Assembly (NCBI GenBank): GCA_032718475.1
Contig: JAUCBJ010003057.1
Coordinates: forward strand, 1 to 58,862
Direction: 5' to 3'
DNA length: 58,862 nt
From: Nemertoderma westbladi
Lineage: Eukaryota > Animalia > Xenacoelomorpha
Part shown: one piece after another, positions 25,501-37,500 of the stretch
Layout of the letters: every line of letters begins with the position of its first letter
Position numbering within the stretch: position 1 is the stretch's first letter
Notes under the pieces: generated by a model
What the model was told of the DNA's origin: nothing
The model's input: the letters and a program-made list of their open reading frames with translations, nothing else
The model's database searches: none
Position numbers and translations under genes: made by a program

Positions 25501-28500
25501 CCCTCCTATAATCTTTGTGATTTGTTCTGAATATCCGATATATAGGTGCCCTCCTATAATCTTTGTGATTTGTTCCAGCGATAAATAGGTGCCCTCCTAT
25601 AATCTTTGTGATTTGTTCCAGCGATAAATAGGTGCCCTCCTATAATCTTTGTGATTTGTTCTAGCGATAAATAGGTGCCCCCCTATAATCTTTGTGATTT
25701 GTTCTGAATATCCGATAAATAGGTGCCTTCCTATAATCTTTGTGATTTGTTCCAGCGATAAATAGGTGCCCTCCTATAATCTTTGTGATTTGTTCTGAAT
25801 ATCCGATAAATAGGTGCCTTCCTATAATCTTTGTGATTTGTTCCAGCGATAAATAGGTGCCCTCCTATAATCTTTGTGATTTGTTCTAGCGATAAATAGG
25901 TGCCCTCCTATAATCTTTGTGATTTGTTCTAGCGATAAATAGGTGCCCTCCTATAATCTTTGTGATTTGTTCTGAATATCCGATAAATAGGTGCCTTCCT
26001 ATAATCTTTGTGATTTGTTCCAGCGATAAATAGGTGCCCTCCTATAATCTTTGTGATTTGTTCTGAATATCCGATATATAGGTGCCCTCCTATAATCTTT
26101 GTGATTTGTTCCAGCGATAAATAGGTGCCCTCCTATAATCTTTGTGATTTGTTCTGAATATCCGATATATAGGTGCCCTCCTATAATCTTTGTGATTTGT
26201 TCCAGCGATAAATAGGTGCCCTCCTATAATCTTTGTGATTTGTTCTAGCGATAAATAGGTGCCCTCCTATAATCTTTGTGATTTGTTCTTAATATCCGAT
26301 AAATAGGTGCCTTCCTATAATCTTTGTGATTTGTTCCAGCGATAAATAGGTGCCCTCCTATAATCTTTGTGATTTGTTCTGAATATCCGATATATAGGTG
26401 CCCTCCTATAATCTTTGTGATTTGTTCCAGCGATAAATAGGTGCCCTCCTATAATCTTTGTGATTTGTTCTGAATATCCGATATATAGGTGCCCTCCTAT
26501 AATCTTTGTGATTTGTTCCAGCGATAAATAGGTGCCCTCCTATAATCTTTGTGATTTGTTCCAGCGATAAATAGGTGCCCTCCTATAATCTTTGTGATTT
26601 GTTCTGAATATCCGATATATAGGTGCCCTACTATAATCTTTGTGATTTGTTCCAGCGATAAATAGGTGCCCTCCTATAATCTTTGTGATTTGTTCTGAAT
26701 ATCCGATATATAGGTGCCCTACTATAATCTTTGTGATTTGTTCCAGCGATAAATAGGTGCCCTCCTATAATCTTTGTGATTTGTTCTGAATATCCGATAT
26801 ATAGGTGCCCTACTATAATCTTTGTGATTTGTTCCAGCGATAAATAGGCGCCCTCCTATAATCTTTGTGATTTGTTCTGAATATCCGATATATAGGTGCC
26901 CTCCTATAATCTTTGTGATTTGTTCCAGCGATAAATAGGTGCCCTCCTATAATCTTTGTGATTTGTTCTGAATATCCGATATATAGGCGCCCTCCTATAA
27001 TCTTTGTGATTTGTTCTGAATATCCGATATATAGGTGCCCTACTATAATCTTTGTGATTTGTTCCAGCGATAAATAGGCGCCCTCCTATAATCTTTGTGA
27101 TTTGTTCTGAATATCCGATATATAGGTGCCCTCCTATAATCTTTGTGATTTGTTCCAGCGATAAATAGGTGCCCTCCTATAATCTTTGTGATTTGTTCTG
27201 AATATCCGATAAATAGGTGCCCTCCTATAATCTTTGTGATTTGTTCTGAATATCGGATATATAGGTGCCTTCCTATAATCTTTGTGATTTGTTCTAGCGA
27301 TAAATAGGTGCCCTCCTATAATCTTTGTGATTTGTTCCAGCGATAAATAGGTGCCCTCCTATAATCTTTGTGATTTGTTCTGAATATCCGATAAATAGGT
27401 GCCCTCCTATAATCTTTGTGATTTGTTCTGAATATCCGATATATAGGTGCCTTCCTATAATCTTTGTGATTTGTTCCAGCGATAAATAGGTGCCTTCCTA
27501 TAATCTTTGTTATTTGTTCCAGCGATAAATAGGTGCCCTCCTATAATCTTTGTGATTTGTTCTGAATATCCGATAAATAGGTGCCCTCCTATAATCGTTG
27601 TGATTTGTTCCAGCGATAAATAGGTGCCTTCCTATAATCTTTGTTATTTGTTCCAGCGATAAATAGGTGCCCTCCTATAATCTTTGTGATTTGTTCCAGC
27701 GATAAATAGGTGCCCTCCTATAATCTTTGTTATTTGTTCCAGCGATAAATAGGTGCCCTCCTATAATCTTTGTGATTTGTTCCAGCGATAAATAGGTGCC
27801 CTCCTATAATCTTTGTGATTTGTTCTTCCTATAATCTTTGTGATTTGTTCTAGCGATATATAGGTGCCCTACTATAATCTTTGTGATTTGTTCCAGCGAT
27901 AAATAGGTGCCCTCCTATAATCTTTGTGATTTGTTCTGAATATCCGATAAATAGGCGCCCTCCTATAATCTTTGTGATTTGTTCTGAATATCCGATATAT
28001 AGGTGCCCTCCTATAATCTTTGTGATTTGTTCCAGCGATAAATAGGTGCCCTCCTATAATCTTTGTGATTTGTTCCAGCGATAAATAGGTGCCCTCCTAT
28101 AATCTTTGTGATTTGTTCTAGCGATAAATAGGTGCCCTCCTATAATCTTTGTGATTTGTTCTGAATATCCGATATATAGGTGCCCTACTATAATCTTTGT
28201 GATTTGTTCCAGCGATAAATAGGTGCCCTCCTATAATCTTTGTTATTTGTTCCAGCGATAAATAGGTGCCCTCCTATAATCTTTGTGATTTGTTCCAGCG
28301 ATAAATAGGTGCCCTCCTATAATCTTTGTGATTTGTTCTGAATATCCGATATATAGGTGCCCTCCTATAATCTTTGTGATTTGTTCCAGGGATAAATAGG
28401 TGCCCTCCTATAATCTTTGTGATTTGTTCTGAATATCCGATATATAGGTGCCCTCCTATAATCTTTGTGATTTGTTCCAGCGATAAATAGGTGCCCTCCT

Positions 28501-31500
28501 ATAATCTTTGTGATTTGTTCCAGCGATAAATAGGTGCCCTCCTATAATCTTTGTGATTTGTTCTAGCGATAAATAGGCGCCCTCCTATAATCTTTGTGAT
28601 TTGTTCTGAATATCCGATATATAGGTGCCCTCCTATAATCTTTGTGATTTGTTCCAGCGATAAATAGGTGCCCTCCTATAATCTTTGTGATTTGTTCTAG
28701 CGATAAATAGGTGCCCTCCTATAATCTTTGTGATTTGTTCTGAATATCCGATATATAGGTGCCCTCCTATAATCTTTGTGATTTGTTCCAGCGATAAATA
28801 GGTGCCCTCCTATAATCTTTGTGATTTGTTCCAGCGATAAATAGGTGCCCTCCTATAATCTTTGTGATTTGTTCTAGCGATAAATAGGCGCCCTCCTATA
28901 ATCTTTGTGATTTGTTCTGAATATCCGATATATAGGTGCCCTCCTATAATCTTTGTGATTTGTTCCAGCGATAAATAGGTGCCCTCCTATAATCTTTGTG
29001 ATTTGTTCTAGCGATAAATAGGTGCCCTCCTATAATCTTTGTGATTTGTTCTGAATATCCGATAAATAGGTGCCTTCCTATAATCTTTGTGATTTGTTCC
29101 AGCGATAAATAGGTGCCCTCCTATAATCTTTGTGATTTGTTCTGAATATCCGATAAATAGGTGCCTTCCTATAATCTTTGTGATTTGTTCCAGCGATAAA
29201 TAGGTGCCCTCCTATAATCTTTGTGATTTGTTCTAGCGATAAATAGGTGCCCTCCTATAATCTTTGTGATTTGTTCTAGCGATAAATAGGTGCCCTCCTA
29301 TAATCTTTGTGATTTGTTCTGAATATCCGATAAATAGGTGCCTTCCTATAATCTTTGTGATTTGTTCCAGCGATAAATAGGTGCCCTCCTATAATCTTTG
29401 TGATTTGTTCTGAATATCCGATATATAGGTGCCCTCCTATAATCTTTGTGATTTGTTCCAGCGATAAATAGGTGCCCTCCTATAATCTTTGTGATTTGTT
29501 CTGAATATCCGATATATAGGTGCCCTCCTATAATCTTTGTGATTTGTTCCAGCGATAAATAGGTGCCCTCCTATAATCTTTGTGATTTGTTCTAGCGATA
29601 AATAGGTGCCCTCCTATAATCTTTGTGATTTGTTCTGAATATCCGATAAATAGGTGCCTTCCTATAATCTTTGTGATTTGTTCCAGCGATAAATAGGTGC
29701 CCTCCTATAATCTTTGTGATTTGTTCTGAATATCCGATATATAGGTGCCCTCCTATAATCTTTGTGATTTGTTCCAGCGATAAATAGGTGCCCTCCTATA
29801 ATCTTTGTGATTTGTTCTGAATATCCGATATATAGGTGCCCTCCTATAATCTTTGTGATTTGTTCCAGCGATAAATAGGTGCCCTCCTATAATCTTTGTG
29901 ATTTGTTCCAGCGATAAATAGGTGCCCTCCTATAATCTTTGTGATTTGTTCTGAATATCCGATATATAGGTGCCCTACTATAATCTTTGTGATTTGTTCC
30001 AGCGATAAATAGGTGCCCTCCTATAATCTTTGTGATTTGTTCTGAATATCCGATATATAGGTGCCCTACTATAATCTTTGTGATTTGTTCCAGCGATAAA
30101 TAGGCGCCCTCCTATAATCTTTGTGATTTGTTCTGAATATCCGATATATAGGTGCCCTACTATAATCTTTGTGATTTGTTCCAGCGATAAATAGGCGCCC
30201 TCCTATAATCTTTGTGATTTGTTCTGAATATCCGATATATAGGTGCCCTCCTATAATCTTTGTGATTTGTTCCAGCGATAAATAGGTGCCCTCCTATAAT
30301 CTTTGTGATTTGTTCCAGCGATAAATAGGTGCCCTCCTATAATCTTTGTGATTTGTTCCAACGATAAATAGGTGCCCTCCTATAATCTTTGTGATTTGTT
30401 CTGAATATCCGATAAATGGGTGCCCTCCTATAATCTTTGTGATTTGTTCCAGCGATAAATAGGCGCCCTCCTATAATCTTTGTGATTTGTTCTGAATATC
30501 CGATAAATGGGTGCCCTCCTATAATCTTTGTGATTTGTTCCAGCGATAAATAGGCGCCCTTCTATAATCTTTGTGATTTGTTCTGAATATCCGATAAATA
30601 GGTGCCCTCCTATAATCTTTGTGATTTGTTCCAGCGATAAATAGGTGCCCTCCTATAATCTTTGTGATTTGTTCCAGCGATAAATAGGTGACCTCCTATA
30701 ATCTTTGTAATTTGTTCTAGCGATAAATAGGCGCCCTCCTATAATCTTTGTGATTTGTTCTGAATATCCGATAAATAGGTGCCCTCCTATAATCTTTGTG
30801 ATATGTTCTAGCGATAAATAGGTGCCCTCCTATAATCTTTGTGATTTGTTCCAGCGATAAATAGGTGCCCTCCTATAATCTTTGTGATTTGTTCTGAATA
30901 TCCGATATATAGGTGCCCTCCTATAATCTTTGTGATTTGTTCTAGCGATAAATAGGTGCCCTCCTATAATCTTTGTGATTTGTTCTGAATATCCGATAAA
31001 TAGGTGCCCTCCTATAATCTTTGTGATATGTTCTAGCGATAAATAGGTGCCCTCCTATAATCTTTGTGATTTGTTCCAGCGATAAATAGGTGCCCACCTA
31101 TAATCTTTGTGATTTGTTCTGAATATCCGATATATAGGTGCCCTCCTATAATCTTTGTGATTTGTTCTAGCGATAAATAGGCGCCCTCCTATAATCTTTG
31201 TGATTTGTTCTGAATATCCGATAAATAGGTGCCCTCCTATAATCTTTGTGATTTGTTTAGCGATAAATAGGCGCCTTCCTATAATCTTTGTGATTTGTTC
31301 TGAATATCCGATAAATAGGTGCCCTCCTATAATCTTTGTGATATGTTCTAGCGATAAATAGGTGCCCTCCTATAATCTTTGTGATTTGTTCCAGCGATAA
31401 ATAGGTGCCCTCCTATAATCTTTGTGATTTGTTCTGAATATCCGATATATAGGTGCCCTCCTATAATCTTTGTGATTTGTTCTGAATATCCGATAAATAG

Positions 31501-34500
31501 GTGCCCTCCTATAATCTTTGTGATATGTTCTAGCGATAAATAGGTGCCCTCCTATAATCTTTGTGATTTGTTCCAGCGATAAATAGGCGCCCTCCTATAA
31601 TCTTTGTGATTTGTTCTGAATATCCGATAAATAGGTGCCCTCCTATAATCTTTGTGATTTGTTCCAGCGATAAATAGGTGCCCTCCTATAATCTTTGTGA
31701 TTTGTTCTGAATATCCGATATATAGGTGCCCTCCTATAATCTTTGTGATTTGTTCTAGCGATAAATAGGCGCCCTCCTATAATCTTTGTGATTTGTTCTG
31801 AATATCCGATAAATAGGTGCCCTCCTATAATCTTTGTGATTTGTTCCAGCGATAAATAGGTGCCCTCCTATAATCTTTGTGATTTGTTCTGAATATCCGA
31901 TATATAGGTGCCCTCCTATAATCTTTGTGATTTGTTCTAGCGATAAATAGGCGCCCTCCTATAATCTTTGTGATTTGTTCTGAATATCCGATATATAGGC
32001 GCCCTCCTATAATCTTTGTGATTTGTTCTGAATATCCGATAAATAGGTGCCCTCCTATAATCTTTGTGATATGTTCTAGCGATAAATAGGTGCCCTCCTA
32101 TAATCTTTGTGATTTGTTCCAGCGATAAATAGGCGCCCTCCTATAATCTTTGTGATTTGTTCTGAATATCCGATAAATAGGTGCCCTCCTATAATCTTTG
32201 TGATTTGTTCCAGCGATAAATAGGTGCCCTCCTATAATCTTTGTGATTTGTTCTGAATATCCGATATATAGGTGCCCTCCTATAATCTTTGTGATTTGTT
32301 CTAGCGATAAATAGGCGCCCTCCTATAATCTTTGTGATTTGTTCTGAATATCCGATAAATAGGTGCCCTCCTATAATCTTTGTGATTTGTTCTAGCGATA
32401 AATAGGCGCCCTCCTATAATCTTTGTGATTTGTTCTGAATATCCGATAAATAGGTGCCCTCCTATAATCTTTGTGATATGTTCTAGCGATAAATAGGTGC
32501 CCTCCTATAATCTTTGTGATTTGTTCCAGCGATAAATAGGCGCCCTCCTATAATCTTTGTGATTTGTTCTGAATATCCGATAAATAGGTGCCCTCCTATA
32601 ATCTTTGTGATATGTTCTAGCGATAAATAGGTGCCCTCCTATAATCTTTGTGATTTGTTCCAGCGATAAATAGGCGCCCTCCTATAATCTTTGTGATTTG
32701 TTCTGAATATCCGATAAATAGGTGCCCTCCTATAATCTTTGTGATTTGTTCTAGCGATAAATAGGTGCCCTCCTATAATCTTTGTGATTTGTTCCAGCGA
32801 TAAATAGGCGCCCTCCTATAATCTTTGTGATTTGTTCTGAATATCCGATATATAGGTGCCCTACTATAATCTTTGTGATTTGTTCCAGCGATAAATAGGC
32901 GCCCTCCTATAATCTTTGTGATTTGTTCTGAATATCCGATATATAGGTGCCCTCCTATAATCTTTGTGATTTGTTCCAGCGATAAATAGGTGCCCTCCTA
33001 TAATCTTTGTGATTTGTTCCAGCGATAAATAGGTGCCCTCCTATAATCTTTGTGATTTGTTCCAACGATAAATAGGTGCCCTCCTATAATCTTTGTGATT
33101 TGTTCTGAATATCCGATAAATGGGTGCCCTCCTATAATCTTTGTGATTTGTTCCAGCGATAAATAGGCGCCCTCCTATAATCTTTGTGATTTGTTCTGAA
33201 TATCCGATAAATGGGTACCCTCCTATAATCTTTGTGATTTGTTCCAGCGATAAATAGGCGCCCTCCTATAATCTTTGTGATTTGTTCTGAATATCCGATA
33301 AATAGGTGCCCTCCTATAATCTTTGTGATTTGTTCCAGCGATAAATAGGTGCCCTCCTATAATCTTTGTGATTTGTTCCAGCGATAAATAGGTGCCCTCC
33401 TATAATCTTTGTGATTTGTTCTAGCGATAAATAGGCGCCCTCCTATAATCTTTGTGATTTGTTCTGAATATCCGATAAATAGGTGCCCTCCTATAATCTT
33501 TGTGATATGTTCTAGCGATAAATAGGTGCCCTCCTATAATCTTTGTGATTTGTTCCAGCGATAAATAGGTGCCCTCCTATAATCTTTGTGATTTGTTCTG
33601 AATATCCGATAAATAGGTGCCCTCCTATAATCTTTGTGATTTGTTCCAGCGATAAATAGGTGCCCTCCTATAATCTTTGTGATTTGTTCCAGCTTGTACT
33701 TGTTTCGCTTTTACCTTTGGTTAATGGTTAGAATGTGCCGTATATACCAAAGCGGAAATATTACGCAGGTATTTATGGGGATATGAATATAATATAGCCG
33801 GTTGAGGTACAGTGAAATATCTGCCAGAGATAAAATAATAAAGAAACAAATTGTATTATAAAAATTATTTTTTTATCCTTGTGGTTTATTTTAAGGCCGA
33901 ATAAAAAGTAACCAACACAATTTATTCGCTAATAATCTATTTAACATACATGGTCAACGTCGATATATCGAGCCTCCAACCCCCCATGTTCGCATTCCCA
34001 GTTCTGGAGCGCTTTCTCCAATATCTTATCGACTTTAGCGGCTCTTTCGTCCCGGTTTAACAAACCCACAAACAACTTCGACCAAGTGACCGTTGGTAAT
34101 CGAACATAGAGTTCTAGTTTCTTATCAACTGCGGTGACAAATAGAACATATTGTGATTAATAGCTAGAATGGTATTGAAATATTTTAAATTTTTTTAATT
34201 TTTCATATTTTCATAACAAATTATGGTGGATTGTTAACCTGAGCTGGAGGGTTTGTGGGGTGTGGGGGGTTTGGAGGGTGTGGAGGGGGGGGGGGGGGGT
34301 TGTCACTAATTCCGAAAAAAAAATTTGATTTTTCAGATTCAATCCCCAATGGGTGCAGATTTTTATGAGAATTTCAAAACTTCGAACCGTTTGTTAATAG
34401 CTCATGTAGTTCAAAAGTAATAATGTTAACCTTATTAAACTTAGTGTCTGGGAATAGTAGCTGTCTGGGGTTGTGTTTTCTGACGGGTTGTCTGTCAAAA

Positions 34501-37500
34501 TATAAAAAAAAGCATTCATCCTAGGTAATAAGTTGTCATGAGGGTTTTCCTGGTAGCTGATTTCATACCAAACGCCAGTTTTAACGAAAACTACTATGTC
34601 TTTATGGTCTCTGTCAGTCTGTCTGTCCATCTGACGATCGGTCTATCTAAATATAAGGACATCACACCACCAAGCTAAAACAATTTTGTTGAGGTTTTCC
34701 ATCGCTGATTTAAATTCCAAAGTCAGTTTTCAAATTTAGCGAAGTCTATTATGTCTGTCTGTCGGTCTTTGTATGTCCGTCTGTAAAAGTAAATGGAAAG
34801 CACACTAACTAGCTAAAAATTTTGTTATGAGTGTTTTCATGGTTGGCGATTTAATTTTCCATGTCAGTTCTCATGTATGACGTCATCCACATTGTCTGTT
34901 CATTGGTCATATTGTGACGGACAGACAGACAGCAATTTAGACAGACATCACGCTGTCAAATGAGAAAACTGACTTCAGAAATGAAATCACCGATCCGGAA
35001 AAGCCTTGCAACAAAATTTTCAGCTGGGGTAGGTACATGCTAACATTTCAATTAATTAAATTACCCCGATGATGAATTTGAAAGGCTTTAATCGGCAAAT
35101 GCAATTTATAAATTTTTTAAATTACAGAGGCTTTTCCAAAAATTAACGAATTCGTGAGAGAAATTTGGCATGAATGGTGATTGGGTGATGCTAACACCTA
35201 CCATTTTTTAAATTTTGTTTGTGGTTCCTGAAATATAATATGTTAAAAATTGTCAAATTCAGATAGATTCAGATAAATTAAAGATTTCTAAAACTTTTTT
35301 TGAAAATGTTTTATCTTCCCATTGTATAAAGTGTGCAAAACATAAATGTATTTGGATAAAATCCAGTCTCCTAAATTAGGGGATGAAATTTTTTAGTCAA
35401 TTAGTGATCCCCCACCCCCCCCCCCCCCCCCCCCCCCCCCAACCCCCCCTTCCCATTAATAATACAGTAGTTCCTCATCACGTGATTAACTATTAAATTC
35501 CTCTTTAATATGAAAGAGGCGTAACACATCAATGAACTTACTGTCCCAGTTCTTTAGCAATAGCCGCACCCCATTATCAACATCAATCTCGCATTGTGAC
35601 AATTTTAGAAACACGTCATAAATGATTCTATCATAGTTGGTTTTACGTTTACCTGCAAAGTAAAAAAAATGTAAGACAATTTAATTAGAATGTATTATCG
35701 TCATCGGCAAGTTGATCGATCTCCATGCCTGGAACTGGGATGATTGTCTGGTCTCATCGGCATCATTGATGACATCAACATGCTAATTAATAAGTACTGC
35801 CTGTTCAGGGACCTGATGCAGCATTAACTGCATCGGGAAATGAGAGCGGTCTAACCCTGAGCAATCATTGGTACATCCTTGATCAGACTATACAGATTTT
35901 CATACCGATGGGTCTTACAAAAGTTATTTATCTAGAAATCTAATAGCGGAAATAAAATCTAACTAACTTGTAAATTGGATGCAGTTTAGTCTCCGTTGTG
36001 AGAATCCCATATCAGTAGGGCCAACAGACCCACTTATATCAGTACCAGTATAATAATCAGTTGAACCACTGGTCTCCAGTTGATACAAACCACTGGTCTC
36101 TATATGAACACCGGAAGTACTTGCAGTATACACTGGTTCATTGGATTGGTCAGGATGGCCAATGGCATCGCAGTAGTTAGAGGAACCACTACTTTCCAAA
36201 CGAACACAAGACGACCAACTTTCGTTGAGATCAAACGGACCTTTAATGGCCACACCCACTTGTGTTTCATTGACCACATCCACTTTTGGTTGTTTGGTCA
36301 CGCACAGTTCTGTTTCATTGTCCCCGCCAATTTCTGTTTCCTCTCTTGGAGTCGATGCGCAGACTGGAAGATGATCCAGTAAGAACGGATCCACATTAAC
36401 ATGTAGGTTGGGATCCTCACCAGTTGAACTTGTGTTACAAAAATTGAGAAAATCTCGGAAGTCCTTTGAAGATGGGGAGTTGCTACCATCTTCCTTCACA
36501 ACTAGGCCTACAGGTACCTTATCAGTCAGGAAGTTTTGATTTTGATCCCGTTTCGACTTATTTTTCCTCCAAGCTTTTTTTCTACGTTTTCTTTTCTCCG
36601 ATCTTTCTTTCTTTTTCTCGGCTTCTGCTGCAATACAATAATTGATCTCAATTAACGTAATGTGCATTTTTACTGTTTGTGCCGATATTTTGATTAGTTT
36701 TCATTAACTAAGTACCACGTCTACGGACATTGACCCACGACTCAGTAACTAAGTACCACGTCTAGGGTCAGTGACACCCGACTCAGTAACTAAGTACCAC
36801 GTCTAGGGACAGTGACCCCGACTCAGTAACTAAGTACCACGTCTAGGGACAGTGACCCACGACTCAGTAACTAAGTACCACGTCTAGGGACAGTGACCCC
36901 GACTCAGTAACTAAGTACCACGTCTAGGGACAGTGACCCACGACTCAGTAACTAAGTACCACGTCTAGGGACAGTGACCCACGACTCAGTAACTAAGTAC
37001 CACGTCTAGGGACAGTGACCCACGACTCAGTAACTAAGTACCACGTCTAGGGACAGTGACACCCGACTCAGTAACTAAGTACCACGTCTAGGGACAGTGA
37101 CCCCGACTCAGTAACTAAGTACCACGTCTAGGGACAGTGACCCCGACTCAGTAACTAAGTACCACGTCTAGGGACAGTGACCCACGACTCAGTAACTAAG
37201 TACCACGTCTAGGGACAGTGACACCCGACTCAGTAACTAAGTACCACGTCTAGGGACAGTGACCCCGACTCAGTAACTAAGTACCACGTCTAGGGACAGT
37301 GACCCCACGACTCAGTAACTAAGTACCACGTCTAGGGACAGTGACCCCGACTCAGTAACTAAGTACCACGTCTAGGGACAGTGACCCACGACTCAGTAAC
37401 TAAGTACCACGTCTAGGGACAGTGACCCACACGACTCAGTAACTAAGTACCACGTCTAGGGACAGTGACCCCGACTCAGTAACTAAGTACCACGTCTAGG

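Noticed and set aside
14445-33693. CRISPR array
   Set aside because: Units are head-to-tail with only two alternative 3-8 bp tails, no unique spacers, no cas genes, and the context is eukaryotic with spliceosomal introns.
35690-35935. Additional coding exon between 35968 and 35652
   Set aside because: It looks coding-like, but all three minus frames contain stops and the model joins in phase without it; it may be a decayed exon extension.
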